From Nevskiaceae bacterium (lineage in GTDB: Bacteria > Patescibacteriota > Saccharimonadia > Saccharimonadales > UBA4665): DNA of 24,000 nt. The stretch is taken from contig DATLCF010000001.1 of the NCBI GenBank assembly GCA_035526505.1, positions 133,144 to 157,143 on the forward strand, given 5' to 3'. Below, in pieces: positions 6,544-15,186 of this stretch (its first letter is position 1; every line of letters starts with the position of its first letter). A program made the translations under genes and the position numbers. The notes below the pieces were generated by a model, which saw only the letters and a program-made list of their open reading frames with translations, was not told where the DNA came from and made no database searches.

Positions 6544-7701
6544 ATGGCAACATACAAGGTTATCCAGGATATTGAGGCCGAGGACAAACTGATTGGGCCT
6601 TTGAGCTTCCGGCAGTTTGTATATGCCGGCATTTGCGCGCTGTGTTTATACCTAAGCTTTTTGCTCATTAGCAAAGGCGCGGCATTCGTAGCAGTGGTAT
6701 TTTTGCCCGTTATATTACTGAGCGGCTTTTTTGCTTTCCCATGGGGCAGGGACCAACCAACCGAAGTTTGGGCACTAGCGCGTATTCGTTTTATGTTAAA
6801 ACCCCGGCGGCGTATTTGGAACCAAAGTGGCGTCAAAGAGTTGGTAACTATTACCGCACCCAAGCAGTTGGGAACAAATTATACGAATGGCTTAACCCAA
6901 ACCGAGGTACAAAGCCGCCTGCGCGCCCTGGCCGATACCATTGACAGCCGCGGCTGGGTAGTCAAAAATGCCAATCTAAACCTGTACGGCCAACCTGAAT
7001 TAGTTATGGGCGAACCGGCTTCCGATCGTCTGGTTGCTGTCGAAAGCCTGCCGCGGGGTGTATCCAATGTAGAGGTACTGCCATCCGACGACATGATGGA
7101 CGAACACAACAGTCCGGTCGCCCGGCAGTTTGATTCCATGATACAGACCTCGGCCAAAAATCATCGCCAACAAATCTTAGACCGTCTGCAGGGCAAACAA
7201 CTAAGCCCGTCGCCAGCCCAGCAGCAACAGCCGACGCCGGCGTCTAACAACACTGCCCCGGCCAATAATTACTGGTTCCTGAACCCGCCATCGCGCAGCG
7301 CAACCAGCGCACCGCAAGATGCCGTAACATTCAATGCGCAGGTTGTGGCACCTGGCGCGCAGGTCACAGGCCTGCCGGCGCCCATGCCGGGCACCCCCAC
7401 CAGCGACGAAGAAGCGCTGCTGCAGCAGCTTGGTACACAACCGCAGCTGCAGGCGAATCCCTATGGCCATTTACACACTGTTTTGCCCCTTTCGGCACAG
7501 CAGGCTAGGGCCGCCCAACAGCCGGTTGCGCCCCCGGTACAACCCACACTACCACCAGCCATACCTCCAGTGACACAGTCTCCGGCGCCTGCTATACTGG
7601 ATCTTGCAAACAACGACGACCTTAACGTGGCGACCATCGCGCGCGAAGCACAAAAGCGCACCGAGCCGCCCCAAGACGAAGTGGTCATTTCACTACACTA
7701 A
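6544..7701 (+). CDS. PrgI family / VirB3-like T4SS membrane protein with a long P/Q-rich C-terminal tail
   Basis: The N-terminus MATYKVIQDIEAEDKLIGPLSFRQFVYAGICALCLYLSFLLI plus a second TM (AAFVAVVFLPVILLSGFFAF) matches the PrgI-type hairpin. From about aa 219-355 the sequence is low-complexity Q/P/A-rich. Confidence 0.7.
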   Translation: MATYKVIQDIEAEDKLIGPLSFRQFVYAGICALCLYLSFLLISKGAAFVAVVFLPVILLSGFFAFPWGRDQPTEVWALARIRFMLKPRRRIWNQSGVKELVTITAPKQLGTNYTNGLTQTEVQSRLRALADTIDSRGWVVKNANLNLYGQPELVMGEPASDRLVAVESLPRGVSNVEVLPSDDMMDEHNSPVARQFDSMIQTSAKNHRQQILDRLQGKQLSPSPAQQQQPTPASNNTAPANNYWFLNPPSRSATSAPQDAVTFNAQVVAPGAQVTGLPAPMPGTPTSDEEALLQQLGTQPQLQANPYGHLHTVLPLSAQQARAAQQPVAPPVQPTLPPAIPPVTQSPAPAILDLANNDDLNVATIAREAQKRTEPPQDEVVISLH

Positions 7702-7723
7702 TTACTTGCGTATATATAAGTTT

Positions 7724-8752
7724 ATGGAACCTTCTTCACCAAACCAACCGTACGCAGCCCCGGGGGCAGCACCGCCGCCCGGACAACCCCAGCCCGGCGC
7801 TGCCGGACCGGCTTTTGACCCCACAACTGTGGATGGGCACCAGTTTGCAACACCCGGCTATGCACCAGCCGCGGCTCCTTCTATGAATGCCGCACAAATG
7901 CAAGGGCAGGCCATGCCCGCCCAGCCAGGTGTCCCGCCGCAGCCGCAACAAGCCCCTGCCGGGGTAGGAGCACCCGTTACCGGCGGGGGTCCGGCACAAC
8001 CAACCACCAGGCCGGTGCGTGCTGCCAATCCCAACAGCACTCAAAACAGCTTGCTGATTGCCGAGATCCGCGATGGCATTGTTATTATGAGCGACGGTTC
8101 GTTCCGTTCGGTCATAATGGTTAAGTCAATTAACTTCGATCTTATGAGCCAAGCCGAACAAGAAGCGGTTGAATACAGTTATCAGGGCTTCTTAAATTCG
8201 TTGTATTTCCCAATCCAAATATTCGTGCGCTCCCAAAAGGTCGACCTCCAACCCTATGTCGAACGATTGGACAAAATCCGCACCGAGCACGAAAATATGC
8301 TGCTAGCCTTGTTAATGGAAGACTACATTGCCTACATCGACGCCCTGGCCCAACAAACCAATATTATGGACAAAATGTTCTACATTATTATTCCGTACTT
8401 CCCGCACGTTGCTGTGCAAAAGGCTCTTACCCAAAGCAAAACTTTCTTTACCGGCATCATGGGGCTGCTCAATAACAAAGATCAGCACGTGGTTATTAAC
8501 GAAGCAGATCTGGAAACTGCCAAAAATGAGCTGCGCAACCGCGTACAGGTAATTTTAAGCGGCTTATTGCAATGCGGCGTGCAAGCGCTGCCGCTGGATA
8601 CCCAGGAACTTATCGAACTGTACTACGACACCTACAATCCCGACACGGCTACCCGCCAACAGCTCAAAAACTTTAACGACCTAAACGCCGACGTTATCCG
8701 CAAAGGCGCAGGGCGGGTACCGCAAGCTCACTTGCAAAGGGAGTTAGGGTAA
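7724..8752 (+). CDS. T4SS-associated protein: P/Q/A-rich N-terminal region plus a C-terminal domain resembling the non-catalytic N-domain of VirB4-type ATPases
   Basis: Start moved to the ATG at 7724; the 7604 start would overlap the upstream gene by 98 nt. No Walker motifs. The segment IRDGIVIMSDGSFRSVIMVKSINFDLMSQAEQEAVEYSYQGFLNSLYFPIQIFVRS ... MFYIIIPYF parallels the N-terminal part of the downstream VirB4. Its stop overlaps the VirB4 start (TAATG, 8750-8754). Confidence 0.5.
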   Translation: MEPSSPNQPYAAPGAAPPPGQPQPGAAGPAFDPTTVDGHQFATPGYAPAAAPSMNAAQMQGQAMPAQPGVPPQPQQAPAGVGAPVTGGGPAQPTTRPVRAANPNSTQNSLLIAEIRDGIVIMSDGSFRSVIMVKSINFDLMSQAEQEAVEYSYQGFLNSLYFPIQIFVRSQKVDLQPYVERLDKIRTEHENMLLALLMEDYIAYIDALAQQTNIMDKMFYIIIPYFPHVAVQKALTQSKTFFTGIMGLLNNKDQHVVINEADLETAKNELRNRVQVILSGLLQCGVQALPLDTQELIELYYDTYNPDTATRQQLKNFNDLNADVIRKGAGRVPQAHLQRELG

Positions 8753-10647
8753 TGGCACGCAAACAAAAGATGGATGCAGTGGGATTGGCACAGGCCCAAC
8801 AGCAACGTGAGCAGCAAGAAGTTAGTGCGGCGTTCCAAAAAGGCATTACGGCGCTGCGCGACTTTATCGCCCCCAGCTCGCTGGAATTCAACAGCGCATT
8901 TTTCCAGCTGGGCACCCGGCTAGCGCGCACCTATTATGTCTACGGATACCCCCGGCAGTTATACACCGGCTGGCTCAGCCCTGTGATTAACCTGGACGAG
9001 GTCATGGACGTTTCGATGTTTATCTATCCGGTCGAAAGCCAGGTAGTGCTGGAAAACCTGCGCAAAAAAGTTACCCAGCTAGAAGCTGGTATTCAGATAG
9101 ACAGCGAAAAGGGGCGGGTACGCGACCCGCAAAAACAAGCCGCTATTTTGGACGCCGAAGAAATGCGCGACAAACTGCAGGTGGGCGAAGAGCGCTTCTT
9201 CCGTTTTGGTTTTTACTTTACCTTGTATGCCAACAGTCAGGACGAGCTGGAATTTGTTAGTCACAAAGTAGAATCACTGCTGGGCCAACAACTTATTTAC
9301 TCCAAACCAGCCAGCTCACAGCAAGAGCAAGGGTTCAATAGTACGGTGCCGCAGCTTATGGACCAGCTGCAAATCCGCCGCAATATGTCCACTGGCGCCA
9401 TTAGCACCAGTTTTCCATTCACTAGCGCCGACCTCAGCCAGGATAACGGCATTTTGTATGGTATTAACATGCACAACTCCGGCCTGGTTATTTTTGACCG
9501 CTTTAGTTTGGAAAACGGCAACTCGGTGGTGTTTGCCAAGTCCGGTGCGGGCAAGTCGTTTGCCGTTAAGCTAGAAGCCCTGCGTTCCATGATGATGGGT
9601 ACCGAGATATTCATTATCGACCCCGAAAACGAATACGAGCGTATGTGCGATGCCGTAGCCGGTGCCTATGTTCGCTTGAGCCTTAATTCGCCCACCCGCA
9701 TTAATCCGTTCGACTTGCCGCGCGTGGTAGATAACGAAGAGGCCGACAACGCGCTGCGCAGTAACCTTATTACCCTACACGGTCTGTTCCGCCTCATGAT
9801 GGGCGGCGCCCAGGCACAGGTGCAGGGCCTTAGCGCAGCCCCGGCACTCAGCCCGGTGGAAGAAGCCGACCTGGATGCGGCATTAATCGAAACCTATGCC
9901 AAAGCCGGCATTACCAACGACCCGCTGACGCACACCGGCGTCCCGCCCACCATTGCCGACCTGTACGACACACTGCTGCACATGGGCGGTACCGGCCCGC
10001 AGCTGGCCCAGCGCCTGCGCAAATACACGAGCGGCACGTTCGCCGGCATCTTTAGCCAGCAAAGTAATATTAATATCAACAACCCATTAGTGGTGTTTAA
10101 CATCCGCGACCTGGAAGACGAACTGCGCCCGGTAGCCATGTATATCGTACTGAACTATATCTGGAACAAGACCAAAACCGACCGACGGCGGCGCCTGCTG
10201 ATTATTGACGAGGCCTGGCAGCTTATGAAATACGAGGACTCGGCCAACTTTATGTTCAGCCTTGCCAAGCGAGCGCGCAAATACAACCTGGGCATTACCA
10301 CTATCACCCAGGACGTTGAAGACTTTATGGGCAGTCGCATGGGCCGGGCCATTGTAGCCAACGCCAGCATGCAATTCCTGCTCAAGCAAAGCCCCTCAGC
10401 TGTCGATGTTTTGAGTGACGTATTCAAGCTAACCAGCGAAGAGAAAAAACGCCTCAGTCAATTTCCGGTGGGGCAGGGCCTGTTCTTTGCCGGTCAAAGC
10501 CACGTGCATGTACAAGTAGTGGCCAGCCCGACCGAAACCGGCCTGATCACCACCAACCCCCAACAAGTCCAACAGATGCAGCAGGGCGATATGACCCAAC
10601 CCCAAGGTACAATCGACCTTTCCAACCAACTACGTCCGGGAGTATAG
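8752..10647 (+). CDS. virB4: VirB4-family T4SS ATPase (Gram-positive PrgJ/TcpF/TraE type)
   Basis: 631 aa. Walker A is FAKSGAGKSF (GAGKS at 9544-9558) and Walker B is LLIIDEAW (DE at 10207-10212). The N-domain has RTYYVYGYPRQLYTGWLSPVI, and downstream ITTITQDVEDF is typical of VirB4/AAA_10 ATPases. Confidence 0.9.
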   Translation: MARKQKMDAVGLAQAQQQREQQEVSAAFQKGITALRDFIAPSSLEFNSAFFQLGTRLARTYYVYGYPRQLYTGWLSPVINLDEVMDVSMFIYPVESQVVLENLRKKVTQLEAGIQIDSEKGRVRDPQKQAAILDAEEMRDKLQVGEERFFRFGFYFTLYANSQDELEFVSHKVESLLGQQLIYSKPASSQQEQGFNSTVPQLMDQLQIRRNMSTGAISTSFPFTSADLSQDNGILYGINMHNSGLVIFDRFSLENGNSVVFAKSGAGKSFAVKLEALRSMMMGTEIFIIDPENEYERMCDAVAGAYVRLSLNSPTRINPFDLPRVVDNEEADNALRSNLITLHGLFRLMMGGAQAQVQGLSAAPALSPVEEADLDAALIETYAKAGITNDPLTHTGVPPTIADLYDTLLHMGGTGPQLAQRLRKYTSGTFAGIFSQQSNININNPLVVFNIRDLEDELRPVAMYIVLNYIWNKTKTDRRRRLLIIDEAWQLMKYEDSANFMFSLAKRARKYNLGITTITQDVEDFMGSRMGRAIVANASMQFLLKQSPSAVDVLSDVFKLTSEEKKRLSQFPVGQGLFFAGQSHVHVQVVASPTETGLITTNPQQVQQMQQGDMTQPQGTIDLSNQLRPGV

Positions 10648-10665
10648 TAGGGTCAAAGGTAAACC

Positions 10666-13600
10666 ATGGCGACATACGACGACGAGCAAACAGACGACAC
10701 CGACCAGCCGCAACACACTCCTGGTAGCAATCCTGCGGAGAAACACAATAAAAAAACGACTACAGAAAATCTGAGACAAGCAGAAGATAGTGGTGGAGCA
10801 GCGGACGATGGCGACAACGATGCCGCCGCCCCGGAATCGAACGGCCTTTTTACACCGGATGAGCCAACCGCTCGCGGGACTTCTAAAAGACTCGTTAGCG
10901 TTTTTCGGGGTGCCAGCAAGCGCGATAAAGCTCTTTTTCTGGCTGGCAGTGGCGCAAGTATTGGGCTAGCTGCTGTTTTACTGATAGGGCTGGGCGGCTT
11001 CCTTAAGTTCTTCCAGCTGGACCACCTGATGAGCAATATCGAAAAAAAAGCCTTTATCCGCTATCAGGTAGACATGAACGGCCGTTCGTCCAAATGGATC
11101 AACGCCTATCTAAAACTACGTTTGGGCGAAATTGAAGACCCCAATCTCGCACCAAAAGACCGTGATAACATTTTGTTTCGTTCCAATCGAGTTGACAACA
11201 ACAACCTATTGACCGACTGGTACAAAACCCTGCGTGCCACCAAGTTCGAAAATGAAGTATTCGAAAAAGAGGGTATTAAGTTTACCAGTGTTGCGCATCG
11301 GGTTAATGGTGCTGTGGTATTCCGGCCGGCCGTAATTACTATTAATGACAAACCTATAAAACTCAATCTTACTACGGCTGAGATAAACGCCATTGATAAT
11401 GGCGATGTTAATGGCTTTAATGGCCGGCTAAACGATTTTATCGATGTAACAGCCTTTAAAAACGACAAAGAAGGCCGGGCCGCCATTGCCTCGGTTACCA
11501 AACGCTGGTATCCGCATTGGTACCAAGCCCACAAACGATATATGCTGCGTAAATCAATCCAAAATATGACCGGTATTCGCAGTTGGCGCTTCTTTGAAAA
11601 AACGCGCGATAAAGCCCACGAAGGCTTTGTGGCCACGCGAAATAAGATTCTTATAAAAGCCTTGCCAGAGGATACAAAGAGCGGCAAATGGGTACAATGC
11701 CTGCTAGGTATTGCCGATTGCCGCAATGTTACCAAAGACCCGAACAACCCGGTCAACCGGTCGTCCAGTGCTGTGTTGTCCGAAAATTGTGACGCTCAAT
11801 CTACGAATCCGGCTTGTAAAACCGGCAAAACCGATGCGAACGGCCTGGACGTTAATAACGACGGAAGCGCCGAAGCGGGGGTAGCAGACGGTGTAGCCAG
11901 TGCAGGGGCAGAGGAGGATCTTACCAAAAGCCTTACCAACAAAATATTAAGCCAGGTGCTTAAAAAGCTCAATGCAGCCACAGGCGTACTTTCTGTACTG
12001 GACACCCTGAACAAGATTAACGAAAATATCAAAAAAGGCGCCCTAAGCAATATGGTTTATATAGCCAGAGCCACACAGGCTATGGGGGTATATACCGTGT
12101 ACAACATAATGCGCGATCAAATACGCACCGGCGATCAAGTAACCTCGGCCGAGGTTAATGACGCCATGGAGTCGGTTAATAATGCCGGCAGCAGCCAGGC
12201 CTTCCGCGATGTTATCAACCCAGCCAAAACTACGGCCGCTACCGGCGCCACGGCTTCGGCCGCCGATTTTGCCCCAGCCAAAAATCGCGCCGAATATTGC
12301 AGCTCGCTCCATCAGGAAGCTATGCTATTGCCGCAAAACAAGGATAAAGCCGAGCATGAGTTCCATTTCTTGTGCGCCTCGGAAAAAATAGGTGATGCAC
12401 AGCTGGCAACCAACATCGAAAACGGATGGAAACAGTCCATAGGCGCTGTCTTGTTCCCCATATTAGAAGTCTATAACCGATCGGGTCTAGGCATCGTAAA
12501 CAGCTGGTTCAATGCCGTGGTGGATGCAACTTTCGGCAAAGCCATGTCTGCCATAACCAATAGCATTCTGTCCGGACTTGGTCTGCAGGATAATGTAAAA
12601 GATCTTATGGCATGGTTGATGACCAAGGCCGCGGCCATATTGGGTGCGGGTCCACAGCTGCCTACCAGGGCGCCGGGGGGAATGATTGTCAATCATATTC
12701 TAATGGGGGCCTCCGCCAGTTCTGAGTTTGGGCTTCGCGCCCTGGGCGCAGCCGCTACCAACCCCCAGACGGCCGCAATGGCTAACCAGAATGTCATAGC
12801 CTATCAGACCCAGCAAAACGCCTCTATGAGTTTTAGCGAAAAATACCTGTCGCTATCCAACCCGGAGTCTTCCGCAAGCCAAAGTCTATTTGCCTTTACT
12901 GATGGCAGCAATAACTTTACCGTGGCTTCCATGTTTGGCAAAATGTTGTCCATGCCAGGCACCTTACTGCACAGCAATGCCAAGGCTGCAACCACCGAAG
13001 ATCCGTATGCCGCAGCCAAATTTGGCGGGGTCGACACCTATGACTTCCCCGGTGAATGCCTTAATGTCGACCCATTAACTATGACTCCGGAATCCAGCAC
13101 GAATGCCGACGATTTGGGCCTTATACCAGCTAGTGAACTCACCTGGGATCTGATAAGCAATGGTGATACCTTTAACGACCGGTTATTCCAAAATAATCCT
13201 GACCCGGAAAAAACCAACAAAGTATGGAACTGTGCCATTCTGGATTCCGCGGTGCGGGGCTCTATGGCTGCACCATTCACCAGCGATCTATTAGGTCCTA
13301 ATGCACTTACTAATGGTGGCACCAGCACCGGCTCGACTCCGGCGGAGACGCCGGACGCCACTGGTTGGGCATGGCCAATTAACAAAAACGATTACAAAGG
13401 CATTAGCCAATGCTGGAATGCAGCGCGTAGCGGCGGGCATCACGCCGGTATTGACATCCCCGTTTCCAATAAGCCAGTCTATGCTGCAAACAGCGGTACC
13501 GTAGCAGTAACGGGCTATGACGGTGCGGCTGGCAATTACATGATCATTCGCCACCCTGGTGCAGGCGGCGGTTCGGACCTGTGGTCGACATATGAACACT

Positions 13601-13806
13601 TAAGTTCTATGCGTGTCAAAAAAGGTGACAGCGTTACTGCCGGCCAGCAGATAGGAGTATCTGGCAATACCGGCAACAGTACCGGCCCACACTTGCACTT
13701 TGGGGTTGCCGTGCGGGAAACGTTGGGCAGTTATAGTGACAACTCCCAAACACGCAATCCGCTAAGCTACTTGCCTAAAGACGGAAGGGACACCAGCGGA
13801 TGCTAA
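10666..13806 (+). CDS. Large membrane-anchored protein with a C-terminal M23 (LytM-type) metallopeptidase domain; candidate T4SS cell-wall hydrolase
   Basis: 1046 aa. Acidic N-terminal tail, a single TM (ALFLAGSGASIGLAAVLLIGLGGFLKFF) and a ~800-aa region of unknown type. The C-terminus carries HHAGIDIP (HxxxD) and GNTGNSTGPHLHFGV (HxH), the M23 signatures (about 13370-13790). Confidence 0.8.
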   Translation: MATYDDEQTDDTDQPQHTPGSNPAEKHNKKTTTENLRQAEDSGGAADDGDNDAAAPESNGLFTPDEPTARGTSKRLVSVFRGASKRDKALFLAGSGASIGLAAVLLIGLGGFLKFFQLDHLMSNIEKKAFIRYQVDMNGRSSKWINAYLKLRLGEIEDPNLAPKDRDNILFRSNRVDNNNLLTDWYKTLRATKFENEVFEKEGIKFTSVAHRVNGAVVFRPAVITINDKPIKLNLTTAEINAIDNGDVNGFNGRLNDFIDVTAFKNDKEGRAAIASVTKRWYPHWYQAHKRYMLRKSIQNMTGIRSWRFFEKTRDKAHEGFVATRNKILIKALPEDTKSGKWVQCLLGIADCRNVTKDPNNPVNRSSSAVLSENCDAQSTNPACKTGKTDANGLDVNNDGSAEAGVADGVASAGAEEDLTKSLTNKILSQVLKKLNAATGVLSVLDTLNKINENIKKGALSNMVYIARATQAMGVYTVYNIMRDQIRTGDQVTSAEVNDAMESVNNAGSSQAFRDVINPAKTTAATGATASAADFAPAKNRAEYCSSLHQEAMLLPQNKDKAEHEFHFLCASEKIGDAQLATNIENGWKQSIGAVLFPILEVYNRSGLGIVNSWFNAVVDATFGKAMSAITNSILSGLGLQDNVKDLMAWLMTKAAAILGAGPQLPTRAPGGMIVNHILMGASASSEFGLRALGAAATNPQTAAMANQNVIAYQTQQNASMSFSEKYLSLSNPESSASQSLFAFTDGSNNFTVASMFGKMLSMPGTLLHSNAKAATTEDPYAAAKFGGVDTYDFPGECLNVDPLTMTPESSTNADDLGLIPASELTWDLISNGDTFNDRLFQNNPDPEKTNKVWNCAILDSAVRGSMAAPFTSDLLGPNALTNGGTSTGSTPAETPDATGWAWPINKNDYKGISQCWNAARSGGHHAGIDIPVSNKPVYAANSGTVAVTGYDGAAGNYMIIRHPGAGGGSDLWSTYEHLSSMRVKKGDSVTAGQQIGVSGNTGNSTGPHLHFGVAVRETLGSYSDNSQTRNPLSYLPKDGRDTSGC

Positions 13807-15176
13807 GTATGCACACGATAACCAGATATATCCGGCGCACACTGCTGTTATCTGTTGCAAGTTTATTCGTACTAACACCGGTAGCCAGCGCAGCAACACC
13901 GGCTACCGATTACGATAAGAAGGCCATCTATGGTGCTTCGCCTTTTTATGATCCCAATTACTGTGGGCCTTCCGGCAATAGCACTAATACAGGCGGCAAC
14001 AGCTCCATACCATACAAGCTGCCAGCCAGCACAGGCGAAACCGGCCGCGAAGAATCTATAGATGCCAGTGGCCGGGTACCAAGCACGGGCGAAAAGGTCT
14101 CGTTTGCCAAATATGCCTCGCTTGGCCAGGCCTACCGCGACTACTACATTACTATGCGCTGGACATTTGCATCGTGGAGTTGGGATGGCCACAGCAAAAT
14201 CGTTGACAGCAAGCAACTGGATTGGTTTACCAGCGGTTCCAAGCCGCGCCTGGTACTGGTAACAAACCCTCGCACCCATAAGAGTATTGTTGCTGCTGCC
14301 CTAGAAAGCGGCCCGGGACCATCGGTAGGCACCCAATGGCGAGCCGATCACGGTAATAAGTCATCACCCGCACCCCCTTACTGGCAGGGATATCAAGTGG
14401 GTACACCCAATGGATATGACGGTTTGGTAAGTGGTTTTCCGCCTACCGCCCTGGACGCATTAGGGGCAACAACTGGTTATAGTAGCGATAAAAATCCCGA
14501 CAAGCTTACCTATCAATGGGCTTCTGACCAAGACGCCATGCCAGGGCCAACCAACGAAGTGGCTGCGGCCCAAGCAGATGGCAGTACCTGCGGCACGAGC
14601 GGCACCAATGCGGGAGCAAACGGCTGGGATCTTACCGGTACCCACGCCATGGTTACATACGAGCAATACGATCCTAAATATGCCACCCATCCCTTTGGCA
14701 ACGGTAATATTAAGGACTGTGGCTGTGGCCCTACGTCTATGGCTATGGCCATTGCCACCCTTACGGGCGATAAAAGCGTCACCCCGTCAACCGTGGCAGA
14801 CTACTATGACACACATGGAGGTAGTACCGGCTGTGGCAGCACCTGGAACTGGGCAGTCCTCGGCAATAAATGGGATATCCACGTTGAAAATATTGGCACC
14901 AACCTGGAACAAGCCCGGCAAACAATAAAGGGCGGCGGCCTAGTGTTGGTTTCCTATACAGGACCTCCGTTCCAAGGAAGTAATGGTGGTCATATTTTTC
15001 TTATCCGTGCCGTAACAACGGATGGTAACTTCTATATCGCCAACCCGTTGGGCCATTATGCCGGAGCACGTTGGGCGGACCAAAACACTACCGTGTGGGA
15101 TGCAAAATATTTCTCTACCCAACAGAACGACAAGGGTGGTTTCTTGAAAAATATGTGGGCTATTACTAAAAAGTAG
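13800..15176 (+). CDS. Secreted two-domain putative peptidoglycan hydrolase: C-terminal papain-like (peptidase C39-like) domain and a possible N-terminal RlpA/DPBB-like domain
   Basis: 458 aa. Signal peptide (LLLSVASLFVLTPVASA). DCGCGPTSMAMAIATL plus downstream GGHIFLIRAV ... IANP fits a Cys/His/Asn papain-fold triad. PRLVLVTNPRTHKSIVAAALESGPGP is reminiscent of RlpA-like barrels (weak). There is a 7-nt overlap with the upstream gene. Confidence 0.6.
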   Translation: MLSMHTITRYIRRTLLLSVASLFVLTPVASAATPATDYDKKAIYGASPFYDPNYCGPSGNSTNTGGNSSIPYKLPASTGETGREESIDASGRVPSTGEKVSFAKYASLGQAYRDYYITMRWTFASWSWDGHSKIVDSKQLDWFTSGSKPRLVLVTNPRTHKSIVAAALESGPGPSVGTQWRADHGNKSSPAPPYWQGYQVGTPNGYDGLVSGFPPTALDALGATTGYSSDKNPDKLTYQWASDQDAMPGPTNEVAAAQADGSTCGTSGTNAGANGWDLTGTHAMVTYEQYDPKYATHPFGNGNIKDCGCGPTSMAMAIATLTGDKSVTPSTVADYYDTHGGSTGCGSTWNWAVLGNKWDIHVENIGTNLEQARQTIKGGGLVLVSYTGPPFQGSNGGHIFLIRAVTTDGNFYIANPLGHYAGARWADQNTTVWDAKYFSTQQNDKGGFLKNMWAITKK

Positions 15177-15186
15177 GGGGCAGGCA

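Noticed and set aside
7604-7723. Upstream start (7604) for the 382-aa ORF
   Set aside because: It would overlap the PrgI-like gene by 98 nt and add an Arg/Thr/Lys-rich, shadow-like 40 aa. The ATG at 7724 follows the upstream stop and an AT-rich promoter-like spacer.
7198-8039. CRISPR array, tandem repeat or VNTR in the P/Q-rich GC-rich region
   Set aside because: I could find no exact repeated unit or spacer-repeat periodicity. The region is in-frame coding low complexity.
11106-11756. 216-aa minus-strand ORF inside the M23 gene, and similar antisense ORFs (3498..3809, 4473..4844, 12043..12312, 13038..13385, 13872..14279, 17668..18057, 20263..20703, 21606..21998)
   Set aside because: These are shadow ORFs opposite well-supported genes (M23 protein, VirB6-like, dnaN, rnpA, jag). 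Their Ser/Arg/Leu-rich composition is typical of antisense frames.
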